Positions 19,281-29,093 of a stretch of DNA of 64,000 bases are shown piece after piece (within the stretch, counting starts at the first letter, position 1; each line of letters begins with the position of its first letter). The DNA is from Escherichia phage Mangalyan. The notes beneath the pieces are model-generated. The model was given only the letters and a program-made list of their open reading frames with translations. It made no database searches and was not told the origin of the DNA. The DNA is taken from the sequence record OR449013. One strand, 5' to 3'. A program made the position numbers and the translations under genes.

Positions 19281-19805
19281 ATGCTTCTTATTAACTGGGA
19301 AGACCTCTATGGGGACAAAGACCCTGTTGCGTTTGTTGATCGTAGATGGAGATATACTGAAGAACAACTGGCTGCAAAAAATTTAACTGCGAAACGCAGA
19401 AAGATTATCCAGTGCAAGTACAAATACGCACAGTTTGCTGCAAAAGTGTCTCCACAAATCGAGAGCTTTGTACTTAAATTGTATGACGAGTATCTCAAAT
19501 TCAAATTGGATTTTGTGCAGGTATACCGTGCACAGGTACGCCCAGATACCAGCATTTGCAGATGGAAGGTTGTTTGTGACGGTAAAGCTTTGCCGATCAG
19601 CTTGACAATTGAGCAGCGTTGGGGGTATCATGAGTGTGGTCTGTATGAGACTTGGGATGTCATTGTAGATCCTGCTAAGTACCTGAACACAGAGGAGCTG
19701 GAATATATCAATAAGGTTATTCTAGATATGTTTTTCAACTACACCCGTGAAAACTCTGAGAAAGAACGAGATAATTTTCTTGACACCATCAGCAACCATC
19801 TGTAG
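19281..19805 (+). CDS. hypothetical protein
   Basis: SD GGAGGAG 10 nt before ATG 19281. Confidence 0.5.
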   Translation: MLLINWEDLYGDKDPVAFVDRRWRYTEEQLAAKNLTAKRRKIIQCKYKYAQFAAKVSPQIESFVLKLYDEYLKFKLDFVQVYRAQVRPDTSICRWKVVCDGKALPISLTIEQRWGYHECGLYETWDVIVDPAKYLNTEELEYINKVILDMFFNYTRENSEKERDNFLDTISNHL

Positions 19806-19835
19806 TATATAATTTAACCTACAAAGAGAGGACTA

Positions 19836-20072
19836 ATGAGTATAGATGTTGCGCTAATAGGTTACCTGGTAATAGCCGTTATAACGGCAGTATTCTTGAC
19901 AGGTGTATGCATCGTGTCCACACGAAGGGTGAAGTTTGATGATTTTATCACTATCATCACTGCTGCACCTTTTTGGCCTGTTGTTATCTTCATCGTGATA
20001 ATGTGCCTGGTGGATTACTACAAGAATACCCGTAAGGAGAAAAAGGAGAGTAGGGATGGAGACTGCACCTAA
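19836..20072 (+). CDS. small membrane protein (two predicted TM helices)
   Basis: hydrophobic segments LIGYLVIAVITAVFLTGV and FWPVVIFIVIMCLV; SD AGAGAGG. Confidence 0.45.
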   Translation: MSIDVALIGYLVIAVITAVFLTGVCIVSTRRVKFDDFITIITAAPFWPVVIFIVIMCLVDYYKNTRKEKKESRDGDCT

Positions 20073-20291
20073 AACTGTTTATACTGTTCTTAAAGAGATT
20101 GCGTTCTACGCAGATCTTAGCCAGGCACCTTTATGGGAAAAGAGCATGTATTTAAAATGGTGCATTAATTTAGGGAGATCTTCCAGTGTTTCAAGCCATG
20201 TTTATTGAAATGCTATCTGGGGTATTGTTACTGGTAACCATCTTAGGTGGTGCAGTTCTGATGTATAACTATCTTGAAAAAGGAGACAGCA

Positions 20292-20477
20292 ATGGTAAAA
20301 AATAAATCTTTAGAGCAGGCTGAAAACCTTCTCCACGAGCTGGTAAAGGAGTGGAAAGTTGAATACTCAGATTTTAATGCAAGAGAGGGGGAAGATTATT
20401 GGCCTACGGAGCGCTCAGAGGGAGAGTGGTATCAAGATTTCATAGAATGGTTATATCAGACGTGTGATGAGGGGTGA
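20292..20477 (+). CDS. hypothetical acidic protein
   Basis: SD AGGAGA 5 nt before ATG. Confidence 0.4.
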   Translation: MVKNKSLEQAENLLHELVKEWKVEYSDFNAREGEDYWPTERSEGEWYQDFIEWLYQTCDEG

Positions 20478-20479
20478 CG

Positions 20480-20935
20480 ATGTTTGTTAAATATGTAAAA
20501 ACGTGCCTCAACAACCTTGGTAGAGAGCATTGGTACACCTTGCTTGAAAAAGGAGAAATTTTAACAAAATCTGGAAAGATAACTTTGATACCCTTGGATG
20601 ATAAAGACCCGTCACTACTTGTCATAGATGATTACGTTACAGGTGTGTCGTACGAGGTCTCTGTGGAGAGGTTAATACGCAGATCTGGAGGGCCTTATGA
20701 CCGAAGAGAGTATGTTTTCGATTCTGTTACAGAGAAGGAGGATCCGTCTCTAATGTTTAGGATGGTAATCAGGGATATGAAATCATCTATAAATAGGATC
20801 GTAAAGGACATTAAAGAGCCTTTTAGGGTAAAAGTTAAGAAGTTTTTTGATTCTAAGATTAACATACTCGCCGTTGTACTAGGCGTAATTCAACTTCTGT
20901 TAATTTTGCACTATCTTGAACTGTTGTTCAAGTAG
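20480..20935 (+). CDS. hypothetical protein with C-terminal membrane anchor
   Basis: C-terminal ILAVVLGVIQLLLIL. Confidence 0.45.
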   Translation: MFVKYVKTCLNNLGREHWYTLLEKGEILTKSGKITLIPLDDKDPSLLVIDDYVTGVSYEVSVERLIRRSGGPYDRREYVFDSVTEKEDPSLMFRMVIRDMKSSINRIVKDIKEPFRVKVKKFFDSKINILAVVLGVIQLLLILHYLELLFK

Positions 20936-20995
20936 TGTGCAACAAGGCACAAAGGAGGTGCCATGATTAAATAAACTAAGAAAGAGGTAGAGAGA

Positions 20996-21343
20996 ATGCC
21001 AAAGATTAAGTCGGTATTAATGTGGGCAGCTGTTGTAGCTTTTGTAGGATACTGGACTTGGGAAACTGAATTAAAAGATATCGGATATACCAGTCTTGAG
21101 AGCAAGGCATGCATTGGCATAACCGATGCATTCAGGCAAAATGCTATGGATCACGAATGTGTTGATGCAGATATAGATGAGAAACTGTCTAAGGACAAGG
21201 ATTTTTACCATGGTCATGCCTTGCTTGATAGTGGTGACACTGTGGAATTCTGGTCGTGGTTCCGTGAAGATGGAACAATAAAGACAGCAGTAAAGATTTC
21301 CAACAAAGAGTTAATGCTGTTGCAGCAGAAGGAGGTGCAATGA
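20996..21343 (+). CDS. hypothetical protein with N-terminal TM/signal anchor
   Basis: SD GAGGTAGAGAG; N-terminal SVLMWAAVVAFVGYW. Confidence 0.45.
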   Translation: MPKIKSVLMWAAVVAFVGYWTWETELKDIGYTSLESKACIGITDAFRQNAMDHECVDADIDEKLSKDKDFYHGHALLDSGDTVEFWSWFREDGTIKTAVKISNKELMLLQQKEVQ

Positions 21344-21627
21344 TTTGGATATCCTACACTGATGGCACCATGCTGTATACCGCAGGTACTAGGTATGAAG
21401 TTCAGGAGGACGATAAAAAATTTATCGTAAAAACATTTGACAAGGACGACAACCTTTTGCTAGAGTTAACTTACAAAGTTGGAGAGGTATCCAATATCCA
21501 GCTGGATTGCGGTCATAAAGATAATCCACTCAAAAAACCTGGGATAGGCAAGGCTTCAGAAGAACGTTTGTCTCGTGTTGCAGAAAGCGTTTCTCCCCAA
21601 AAATCTAAGAAGAGGATTAGAAAATGA
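21340..21627 (+). CDS. hypothetical protein
   Basis: SD GGAGGTG; overlaps upstream stop. Confidence 0.4.
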   Translation: MIWISYTDGTMLYTAGTRYEVQEDDKKFIVKTFDKDDNLLLELTYKVGEVSNIQLDCGHKDNPLKKPGIGKASEERLSRVAESVSPQKSKKRIRK

Positions 21628-21824
21628 GTGACAAAATTCTTAAATTTAATACCTACTATGAGAATGATTTGAACGATCTGTATTATATAGTGCGTAGCGA
21701 AAACCCAAATGTAGTACTGTTTTGTCGAGAACCTTTCAAAAAAGAGGAGATTGAATCTACCATGAATGTGGATCAGATTTCACACCTGCTGCTCCTTGGA
21801 TCATTAAAAGAGGCTGTATTCTAA
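21624..21824 (+). CDS. hypothetical protein
   Basis: 66-aa ORF, coupled start. Confidence 0.4.
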   Translation: MSDKILKFNTYYENDLNDLYYIVRSENPNVVLFCREPFKKEEIESTMNVDQISHLLLLGSLKEAVF

Positions 21825-21843
21825 ACCAGGGTGGAGGGTTTTT

Positions 21844-22029
21844 ATGAAGCACTACTGTCTGTCTGGTAGAATGGGTGCAGATTGTGATTGGGTTTTCTTG
21901 AAACTTGTCAGTATTCGAGAGTTCATTCCAGAGGAAGAGCAAGAAAGCGAGCTGATGTCATGGATCAACCATTACGGTAACACTTTTAGGCATGTTAAGG
22001 TGGAAGAGTTGCCAAGCGAGGCTGATTGA
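21844..22029 (+). CDS. hypothetical protein
   Basis: SD GGTGGAGGG. Confidence 0.4.
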   Translation: MKHYCLSGRMGADCDWVFLKLVSIREFIPEEEQESELMSWINHYGNTFRHVKVEELPSEAD

Positions 22030-22124
22030 CTATGATTGCATCAATATTAACGTTTATGGGTGGCGTGGCATTCGGATTCATTGTTTGCCTGTTTATAGTG
22101 ATTATGTCTATGCGAGGCTGAATT

Positions 22125-22418
22125 ATGAAACTTTTTGAGTGGTTTAAAAAGTTTAAATATAAAGCTGTAGCCATCGTGCCGTGGTCCATTCAGTGGGTGG
22201 ACGATGAGGGATTACCAATTCCAGGTGATAAAGACACGGGATACTGGATCATGCTTGAGAACGGGTTCGGTAAACGGAAATATTCCTGCACGGATACCTC
22301 AGGAGCATCTTTTAGGAGAATTCCTGGGTATAAATGTATGATTGTGTGGAAGATGTCTGGTGTACCTCCGGCTAATGCACAATATCTTACTACCAATCCA
22401 ACCACAGAAGAGGACTAG
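22125..22418 (+). CDS. hypothetical protein
   Basis: 97-aa ORF. Confidence 0.4.
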   Translation: MKLFEWFKKFKYKAVAIVPWSIQWVDDEGLPIPGDKDTGYWIMLENGFGKRKYSCTDTSGASFRRIPGYKCMIVWKMSGVPPANAQYLTTNPTTEED

Positions 22419-22420
22419 TA

Positions 22421-22702
22421 ATGAAAAAGATTTGCGATACAGATGTGGAGTTCAAGGTGTGTAGTAAGGAGACCTATTGGGAAGTGAGACAAAAGGTATA
22501 TTTGTTTGGACTTATCCCATATTGGTCTAAATTCTACTGGGGAGCAGATGAATTAGGGAGATATGCCACCAAAGCTATGGCGCTTATAGGTATAGCTGAA
22601 TATATTGCTGCTAGGGACAGGGCTGGAAAAACCTGCTACTACACTGCTGACGAGATTCGTAACAGTGTTTACGTCCCCCAACCACCTGAAGGAGACCGTT
22701 GA
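22421..22702 (+). CDS. hypothetical protein
   Basis: 93-aa ORF, SD GAGGA. Confidence 0.4.
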   Translation: MKKICDTDVEFKVCSKETYWEVRQKVYLFGLIPYWSKFYWGADELGRYATKAMALIGIAEYIAARDRAGKTCYYTADEIRNSVYVPQPPEGDR

Positions 22703-22926
22703 TGAAAGTTAAAGTTTTAGATTCAAGCTTCTATATTGGTCAGGAGCCTTTAGTGGGTAAAGTGTTTACCGCTGTCCCTAACGAAGATTACCCTGACCTT
22801 TTAAAAATAAAGGGTGCAGATCTTATTGCCGCTGGTGCATCTCAGGACTGCTTTGACAGCCAGTGGACCTACAACTTTGCCCTAGGTGAGGATGTGGAGA
22901 TAATGGAGGACGATCATGAAGGTTAA
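22702..22926 (+). CDS. small acidic protein, MKxK paralog family
   Basis: SD AAGGAGA; MKVKVLDSSFYIGQ...IKGADLIAAGA. Confidence 0.5.
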   Translation: MKVKVLDSSFYIGQEPLVGKVFTAVPNEDYPDLLKIKGADLIAAGASQDCFDSQWTYNFALGEDVEIMEDDHEG

Positions 22927-23170
22927 AATTCTTGATTCTAACGTCTACTTGGGGCAATCCTTTCTTAAAGGGAAGGTTGTACCTGCGGTATACTTCGAAG
23001 GGTTGCCGTGGGATGATCCTGTGCGGCAACATCACAGTTATGTAGGCCACAACGTGGTGTTTATCTTAGGATCAGACCTGATCACCGCTGGTGCACCTGA
23101 ATATTATTTCGGGGAAGAGTCCTATTATGCCTTTGGGGTAGGTTCAGATGCAGATATTGTAGAGCTGTGA
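22916..23170 (+). CDS. small acidic protein, MKxK paralog family
   Basis: SD GGAGGA; MKVKILDSNVYLGQ...LGSDLITAGA. Confidence 0.5.
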   Translation: MKVKILDSNVYLGQSFLKGKVVPAVYFEGLPWDDPVRQHHSYVGHNVVFILGSDLITAGAPEYYFGEESYYAFGVGSDADIVEL

Positions 23171-23182
23171 TGGGTAACCGTT

Positions 23183-23581
23183 GTGAAAAATAAACTGTTC
23201 AAAGTTACAATGAAAATTCGCGGAGCTTGGAGCGTAAAGCAAGGGCGTATTCCGGAATTTGAGAAAGACTTCTACGTAGTCTCCACCTCGGAGGAGGCTG
23301 CATGCTGGCAGGCTGGCTATGCCTATGCAAGAACCTGGTACGAAGGATACCAGACTGGGGGCTATGACGGAGAAATTGTCAGCAAGGGTGTAGAAGAAAT
23401 TAATGTGTTGACAAGTGAAAAAGTTTTTGTTATAGTGCATCCAGATTCCAGAGTGAAGCATTACTGGAATGCCAGAACAAAAACTTGGACACCGTTTGCA
23501 GACTCTGCTACACCACTTTTAAACCAAAAAGCTCTTGACTCTGCCCCGAGCTATGGGGTTGTTGAAGAAAAGCTAAACTGA
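23183..23581 (+). CDS. hypothetical protein (paralog of 25391..25786)
   Basis: shared C-terminal block HYWNARTKTWTPF vs YYWDVLNNEWTPD; start uncertain. Confidence 0.4.
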   Translation: MKNKLFKVTMKIRGAWSVKQGRIPEFEKDFYVVSTSEEAACWQAGYAYARTWYEGYQTGGYDGEIVSKGVEEINVLTSEKVFVIVHPDSRVKHYWNARTKTWTPFADSATPLLNQKALDSAPSYGVVEEKLN

Positions 23582-23598
23582 AACAGTGAGGTGTCACT

Positions 23599-23889
23599 AT
23601 GATGGATTTAATTCTAAATATTGATAACGCAGAAGAGGTTAAAGACGATGGTGTAACAAGCATGGACCAACCATGCCCTGCCAAGATTGACTCAAAATGG
23701 ACATATAAGTTTGACGGAGAGATCTCTGCAAATGATGAAAAGGTTGTAGATGCTGCAGCCATTTTGAACGCTCTAGGGTACGACCCTGTAAATTCTTTGA
23801 TCAAGGATCCTGTTGAGTTTGCAGAGTATGTTCGAAAAATGGCAGATCTTGCTGTAGATATTTTAAATACTATCGACAACAATCTGTAA
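23599..23889 (+). CDS. hypothetical acidic protein
   Basis: SD GTGAGGTG. Confidence 0.45.
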   Translation: MMDLILNIDNAEEVKDDGVTSMDQPCPAKIDSKWTYKFDGEISANDEKVVDAAAILNALGYDPVNSLIKDPVEFAEYVRKMADLAVDILNTIDNNL

Positions 23890-23895
23890 AAACTG

Positions 23896-23924
23896 TTGAC
23901 ACAACGCTTCAGCTATAGTATTAT
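23896..23924 (+). promoter_or_regulatory. sigma70-like promoter
   Basis: TTGACA, 17-nt spacer, TATTAT. Confidence 0.6.
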
Positions 23925-23971
23925 TGTTTTCAAAGAGAGAGTTATTCCCTCTTCTTTAAAAGGAACACGTT

Positions 23972-24289
23972 ATGCAAATTGAGATCACTGGCAACGTAGA
24001 AATCACCGAAGGTATGGTGTCTTTCATTTCCCACAAAATGTCAAAACTGGAGCGTCTACATCCTTCTGTAAATCATGCACGTGTAAGTGTAAAAGTTGAA
24101 AATGATCACCAGGAAGTTATGGCGTTCATTTTTGACACTTCTGGAAAAGAAGTTATTGCCAAAGCTAAAGGCAGTGATGCTTACGAGGCAACTGACCGTA
24201 TGGTAGATGTTGCAGCACGTCAGCTGGCTAAATGCGGTGGAAAGAAAGGTAAAGGGAAAGGAAAAGTAAAGATTGACTTTGGAGAATGA
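23972..24289 (+). CDS. small protein, MKxK-related, Gly/Lys-rich tail
   Basis: MQIEITGN...; C-terminal KKGKGKGKVK. Confidence 0.45.
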   Translation: MQIEITGNVEITEGMVSFISHKMSKLERLHPSVNHARVSVKVENDHQEVMAFIFDTSGKEVIAKAKGSDAYEATDRMVDVAARQLAKCGGKKGKGKGKVKIDFGE

Positions 24290-24426
24290 GGTGCTACAAT
24301 GGGCGTGATTAAGAAATTAGTCCCAAGTGTATAGATTGCATGCTTTGAAATTATGTTTGCAATCGCAGTTGTAGTTAATGTGTTAGGTTACGGCTATTAA
24401 TATCAAATAATTGAGGAGACCTCTAA

Positions 24427-24696
24427 ATGAAAATTAAATTATTCAAAACCGAGCTGGCAGACAAAAACTGTGGACTGGTTGAAGGCATGATCGTTGAAGC
24501 ACAACCAGTGGACTACATGAAGGTAGTTCGTGATGCCTTGGGTGAAGGTTTTGATCTGATGGAACCAGCTCTGCGAGAAGATGTTATTGAGATGGCTAAA
24601 AAGCACACACCTGAAGGTTTGGTGGTGTTTGTTGCACCTGGTAACGGAGAAGAGTTGATTGTAACCCCTGATGTGTATGAGATTGTAGAAGAGTAA
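24427..24696 (+). CDS. small acidic protein, MKxK paralog family
   Basis: SD GAGGAGA; MKIKLFKTE...VYEIVEE. Confidence 0.5.
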   Translation: MKIKLFKTELADKNCGLVEGMIVEAQPVDYMKVVRDALGEGFDLMEPALREDVIEMAKKHTPEGLVVFVAPGNGEELIVTPDVYEIVEE

Positions 24697-24790
24697 TCCT
24701 GCTCGGATCAGCATACTCCTTCAATAAAAAGAAAAGTTTGTAATTATTTGTGGGAAAGGAGTCCCCATCTCTTGCCAGAGGTGATACTAT

Positions 24791-25054
24791 ATGATTATTT
24801 ATTTTAAAACTTCAGGTGGATACCCTGATTCTCAAAGCTTGATCGGAAAAACGTGCACAGCATACTCACCTCTTGATGAGGAGGTAAGCGATATCATACG
24901 AGATATGTATCGGATTGACCCCCAAGAAGCTTTTGATCAAAACCTTGTATTTGTCAAGGGCTCAGACATGAAGTCTTTGGGAGCATTTCCTGAAGCAGAT
25001 GATGATGCCGTTTATTCGTTTATGGCCCCTTTTGAAGCTATGGTTGTTGGGTGA
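24791..25054 (+). CDS. small acidic protein, MKxK-related
   Basis: VFVKGSDMKSLGA block shared with family. Confidence 0.45.
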   Translation: MIIYFKTSGGYPDSQSLIGKTCTAYSPLDEEVSDIIRDMYRIDPQEAFDQNLVFVKGSDMKSLGAFPEADDDAVYSFMAPFEAMVVG

Positions 25055-25058
25055 GAAT

Positions 25059-25391
25059 ATGAAAGTACGATTTATTGGTGAAACAATTCCTGTGCATCTC
25101 CGGTCGCCTGAAGATTCTGCAGATCTTGCATCTCAGAAGGCGAGAGGTTATGATAAGAAAGTAATCTCAACCGATGTAGAACTTGAGGCTACTAGTTTAC
25201 CTGACCCTGCTGCATTCTTTAATCATTATGGATACTATTTCAGCAATCTGATGAATATCGGTGAGCTTGTGTTTATTAGTGGTGGAGAAATTGTCAGCAA
25301 GCTTGGCGGCGATCCGGATGTCTTTCATGAAACCTGTCCTTTTGCATTTGTGGTGGGTTCAGATGTGGAAGTTATTGAGGAGGTGCGGTAA
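25059..25391 (+). CDS. small acidic protein, MKxK paralog family
   Basis: ATG 25059 (MKVRFIG) preferred over track start 24999; ends VEVIEEVR. Confidence 0.45.
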   Translation: MKVRFIGETIPVHLRSPEDSADLASQKARGYDKKVISTDVELEATSLPDPAAFFNHYGYYFSNLMNIGELVFISGGEIVSKLGGDPDVFHETCPFAFVVGSDVEVIEEVR

Positions 25392-25786
25392 TGGTAAGCC
25401 TATACCGTGTTGAGTATAGCTCAGATACTGTGTACAACGTAAGAAGCAAAGATCGCAGCGACAGAGTGCAAGAAATGTATGTTCTTGCCGACAGTCAGTT
25501 ATCTGCAGCGTTCAAGGCAGGGGCTCTTGCATCTCGTTGGAAATTTGAAGGCGGATCTTTCTATGAAGAAACCCTTGAAGATTCTGTTGTTATTTCTTCT
25601 GTAGAGGTTTCAGATGACTACGAAGGGAAAAAGTTCGTAATGCGGCACCCACACAGCAACATTGCGTACTACTGGGATGTTCTGAACAACGAGTGGACCC
25701 CAGATCTTCAGAAGGCTACTGTGCTAACACCGTTTTTGGCAGATAAGTTCCCACCAGAAGGTAATTTATCCGCACTGTTTCAGTAA
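25391..25786 (+). CDS. hypothetical protein (paralog of 23183..23581)
   Basis: shared C-terminal YYW...WTPD block. Confidence 0.45.
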   Translation: MVSLYRVEYSSDTVYNVRSKDRSDRVQEMYVLADSQLSAAFKAGALASRWKFEGGSFYEETLEDSVVISSVEVSDDYEGKKFVMRHPHSNIAYYWDVLNNEWTPDLQKATVLTPFLADKFPPEGNLSALFQ

Positions 25787-25804
25787 TTTTCTTGCACACA
25801 GGTG

Positions 25805-25833
25805 TTGACAACACCAACCCTGTGTGAAATAAT
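25805..25833 (+). promoter_or_regulatory. sigma70-like promoter with -35 inside a palindrome
   Basis: TTGACA, 17-nt spacer, AATAAT; -35 embedded in GGTGTTGACAACACC, itself inside CACACAGG...CCTGTGTG. Confidence 0.5.
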
Positions 25834-25865
25834 ACCTTCATCTTAACAAGACAGGAGACTGATTG

Positions 25866-26123
25866 ATGAAGATTAAACTGAAAAACCTTGAAATGGCAGA
25901 GATTCAGGATGGTGTTGATTTCCGCTCTAAAGATGGTGACATCTTAGAGGTAAATCTTCCAACCTACAAGCTGATTAAAGGTTTTGGCAACGTTCCGGAA
26001 GAGGATATTCCAGAAATTCTTATGATGTTGATTCTTGACGGAACTGTGTTTGTAGGTGAAGGTGAGAACGCTATTGCAATCCCAAGCCATTTTTATGAAG
26101 TAGTTGACGAAGAGGTGCTGTAA
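25866..26123 (+). CDS. small acidic protein, MKxK paralog family
   Basis: SD AGGAGA; MKIKLKNLE...YEVVDEEVL. Confidence 0.5.
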   Translation: MKIKLKNLEMAEIQDGVDFRSKDGDILEVNLPTYKLIKGFGNVPEEDIPEILMMLILDGTVFVGEGENAIAIPSHFYEVVDEEVL

Positions 26124-26474
26124 ATGAAAGTAGAAATTACCGGTTTTGATGTGAATGCGGTTCCGGAAGATATTTTATCTAAATTGCCGGAAGGTTTTGG
26201 TAACGGTGTTGTGGTGGACGCTGTTCCTCCTACCAAAGACATTCTGCTGCAGTATGGTGTAGCAGAGGAAGATGTTGATAAAGTTCTTACAATGATGGCA
26301 ATCGATCGTGTTGTCGTTGTTAAAGGTCTCGATAATTTTGAGAGTGATCCTCTGATTATTCGTGGAGATGACTACAAAATCATCGATAATGAAGGCCAAG
26401 AGTTCTATGAGCCTTGTGCAGAAGATATTCTTAACTTATTACTGGAAGCAGGCACCGAAGAGGAGGACGAATAA
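26124..26474 (+). CDS. small acidic protein, MKxK paralog family
   Basis: SD GAGGTG; MKVEITGFD. Confidence 0.5.
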   Translation: MKVEITGFDVNAVPEDILSKLPEGFGNGVVVDAVPPTKDILLQYGVAEEDVDKVLTMMAIDRVVVVKGLDNFESDPLIIRGDDYKIIDNEGQEFYEPCAEDILNLLLEAGTEEEDE

Positions 26475-26803
26475 TGAAGATTGACCCGTTACTGAAGGCT
26501 CGTGCAGAAAAAGCGTACACCATTAAGCTGACCAACCTAGTTCCTACTTGTCATCCAGATGTAGGTTGGCCCGAAGGTTTGGTGGAAGGAACTGTAACAG
26601 CTGCATACCTTCCTAACATCAAATACCTCATGGAGATCTTAGAGATGGATGAGGAAACTGCAGAACAGTTCCAGTTGGATATGAAACAGAGTGGGACTCT
26701 GGTTATTCACGGGTGGTATAATACTAAAGATGCAGAAGACCCTCTGGTAACTTCTAATCTGGCATATGAAATCTTAGGGCCTTTGAACCTGGAGGAAGAC
26801 TAA
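26474..26803 (+). CDS. small acidic protein
   Basis: SD GAGGAGG; MKIDPLLK. Confidence 0.45.
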   Translation: MKIDPLLKARAEKAYTIKLTNLVPTCHPDVGWPEGLVEGTVTAAYLPNIKYLMEILEMDEETAEQFQLDMKQSGTLVIHGWYNTKDAEDPLVTSNLAYEILGPLNLEED

Positions 26804-27090
26804 TGAAAGATCTGGTTAAGATTAAGATTAAAGATACCAATGGGGAGCTCAGCCATTTTGGAATTAATGATGGTGACGAGCTGATCGCACACCTGCCTAC
26901 CAAGGAGGTTGTAAGCAAAGCAGTTGCCGGAGAAGAAGCTGCAATGCAGGCTGCAGGTGTGGATGAAAACTATGTAGCTATGTGCATGTGCCGAGATCAG
27001 GTTGTTCTGTATAAAGCGTATAGACCAAACGGAGCCACGGAGTGGCTTGTATTCCGACCCGAAGGATATGAAATCTTAGAGGCACTATGA
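26803..27090 (+). CDS. small acidic protein, MKxK-related
   Basis: SD GGAGGAAG; MKDLVKIKIKD...GYEILEAL. Confidence 0.45.
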   Translation: MKDLVKIKIKDTNGELSHFGINDGDELIAHLPTKEVVSKAVAGEEAAMQAAGVDENYVAMCMCRDQVVLYKAYRPNGATEWLVFRPEGYEILEAL

Positions 27091-27179
27091 TAAATCTTGC
27101 CAAGGTTGCAACGGCACTGTTAATTATTTGCTGGTCAGTAACCTTAACACTGTGTCTTGTATTTCAGTGAGGTGCTTGT

Positions 27180-27443
27180 ATGAACATCCTGATGTGGGTT
27201 GTAGCAGTGGCGTTTGTTGCATGTTTTTGCTGCTGGGTTGCGGTGAGGATTTCTGTAGCTACCCTTCGGAAGTTGGGGTTCTCAGAGTGGGATATTAATA
27301 TCCTTTCTTTTCGCAATGAAACAATCTCAGCCGCCCTGCTCTGTAAGAAATTCAAGTGGGAACCTTGCGAGGTCATGAACTATCTAAGAACGGGAGATAT
27401 CCCTGAAAGATTTAAAAAAGTTCTTGACGACAAGGATAAATGA
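27180..27443 (+). CDS. small membrane protein
   Basis: N-terminal ILMWVVAVAFVACFCCWVAV; SD GTGAGGTG. Confidence 0.45.
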   Translation: MNILMWVVAVAFVACFCCWVAVRISVATLRKLGFSEWDINILSFRNETISAALLCKKFKWEPCEVMNYLRTGDIPERFKKVLDDKDK

Positions 27444-27471
27444 TAGTATAGTGACTAACAAGAGGTGAGGA

Positions 27472-27612
27472 ATGACTGATTTTACTGAAGCTTTAATGAT
27501 GGCCTTGTCTGTTTTAGCGCTATCGGTGTGTTTTGGGGCGTTATTCACATCTCTGGTTAAAGTTTTACATACAGTATTATTACCCAAGGAGCGCAGTAAT
27601 GACGAAGATTGA
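27472..27612 (+). CDS. small membrane peptide, 46 aa
   Basis: SD AGAGGTGAGGA before ATG; hydrophobic ALMMALSVLALSVCFGALF; below track cutoff. Confidence 0.35.
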   Translation: MTDFTEALMMALSVLALSVCFGALFTSLVKVLHTVLLPKERSNDED

Positions 27613-27850
27613 CTTAAATGCTGGAGACCATGTTGTTGTCAAATGCATCGGAGATTATCTTGGATTCACAATCGGCAATACTTACGAGGCGGTAGTGGCG
27701 AAGGTTTACCATGATAAAGTCCTCAGTCTTGTATTTGACTGCGATGATGATGGGGATGACCGATACGTCTGTGAGGTGCTGGCACGAGACGATAGTGAAG
27801 ACCAGAAATTCCTGGTTATTGAACTGAACGGTATTTTTGTAGAACGTTAA
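27599..27850 (+). CDS. hypothetical acidic protein
   Basis: ATG 27599 with SD AAGGAG; track ORF 27533..27850 trimmed. Confidence 0.45.
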   Translation: MTKIDLNAGDHVVVKCIGDYLGFTIGNTYEAVVAKVYHDKVLSLVFDCDDDGDDRYVCEVLARDDSEDQKFLVIELNGIFVER

Positions 27851-27878
27851 TTTAAAACAACATAAGGAGACTCTTACT

Positions 27879-28184
27879 ATGGCTAAATCTAAAGTTGAAC
27901 TGTTCACCTCTCTTCCTTCTGACACTGCAGAGCGTGATCGCCTTCGCAAAACAATCGAAGAACTGGTAGAACTCCAACTTCAGATTAAAGATCTGAAAGA
28001 TGCCATTAAGGATATCATTCTCGTTGAGAAGCAGGATCACCTGTATTCTCCTAAATTCATCAAATCTCTGGTGGCTACCGAGTTCGATATTCGCTATGAG
28101 GCTGAAAAACGTCGAGCTAAAATCGAAGAAGAGGTTGAGCACATGTCCGAGGCAGACATTCTGTTCAAACGCTCTGTAGAATAA
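27879..28184 (+). CDS. hypothetical coiled-coil-like protein
   Basis: SD AAGGAGA; charged heptad-like sequence. Confidence 0.5.
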   Translation: MAKSKVELFTSLPSDTAERDRLRKTIEELVELQLQIKDLKDAIKDIILVEKQDHLYSPKFIKSLVATEFDIRYEAEKRRAKIEEEVEHMSEADILFKRSVE

Positions 28185-28192
28185 TGACAAAA

Positions 28193-28216
28193 AGAGGGGC
28201 TTGGGCCCCTCTTTTT
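28193..28216 (+). terminator. rho-independent terminator
   Basis: AGAGGGGC-ttgg-GCCCCTCT followed by TTTTACT. Confidence 0.65.
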
Positions 28217-28239
28217 ACTATCTATGAAGGAGATTTGAG

Positions 28240-28572
28240 ATGGGTATACCGATCACTGTAAAAGAATTGAATGAACGTGATGCAGGTGGTCTATGGCCTG
28301 CACGAAAAATACGCTGCATCCGTATGAAAGAGAACCTTGAGCATCTTGAGCAACAGAAACGGATTGAGGTTGGTGATATTTTCGAAGTATTTTATTCTGA
28401 TCGCCGTAACTGGGAAACCATTCAACCTTCCGGTTTTGTTCTTGCTAAGCTTGACACTGGAGAAGTGATTGTTCCTGGGTTGGATATTGTCTTCGAAATT
28501 ATCCAGGAGTGGGATCCGGACAAGATTAGATACGAAGAGCTATTCGGTGAAGGTATTATCAAACCTGTGTGA
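28240..28572 (+). CDS. hypothetical protein
   Basis: 110-aa ORF, SD GAAGGAGA. Confidence 0.5.
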   Translation: MGIPITVKELNERDAGGLWPARKIRCIRMKENLEHLEQQKRIEVGDIFEVFYSDRRNWETIQPSGFVLAKLDTGEVIVPGLDIVFEIIQEWDPDKIRYEELFGEGIIKPV

Positions 28573-28580
28573 GGTGGATT

Positions 28581-28880
28581 ATGTCTACAAAGGCGGCTAA
28601 ATACTCCTACATGCCATCAACCTCTGCAGAGGTAGACTTTAGTTTCGATGTGTTTCCACTGTTTGAGGTGGTTCTGGCATACCCAACAATACTATCTACT
28701 CCTGAATCACTTGTGCCTGTTAAGTTGCAGAACGCTATGCATTCCATGCACTACAACAACAAATGTAGGCACAGATGGTGTCAGGACGAGGAAAAAGATT
28801 TGGATAGTTTGAGAGATTTTGACAGTCACCTTTTGACACCTTTCAGCTACTCCAACCTTGATAAGCCTTCGTGGGTATAG
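28581..28880 (+). CDS. hypothetical protein
   Basis: ATG 28581 with SD GAGGTGGA; track 28569..28880. Confidence 0.45.
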   Translation: MSTKAAKYSYMPSTSAEVDFSFDVFPLFEVVLAYPTILSTPESLVPVKLQNAMHSMHYNNKCRHRWCQDEEKDLDSLRDFDSHLLTPFSYSNLDKPSWV

Positions 28881-28904
28881 CAAAATATCAAATTTAAGAC
28901 ACCT

Positions 28905-28930
28905 AGGACGCTCTGTGGCGTCCTTTTCTT
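28905..28930 (+). terminator. rho-independent terminator
   Basis: AGGACGC-tctgtg-GCGTCCT followed by TTTCTTTATC. Confidence 0.6.
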
Positions 28931-29093
28931 TATCTGGTGCACGATTGCATACCTTGGGCAGTTAATCTCATTACAGAGCGTTTAAGAGCTCCCTACAAAC
29001 AACTCCATATTTCGAGCGTAGCGAGAACGCACGTCCGTTTTGACCCAAATCACCATACGCTCGGATTTTAACCAAACCCTCGCGGCGTTTCTG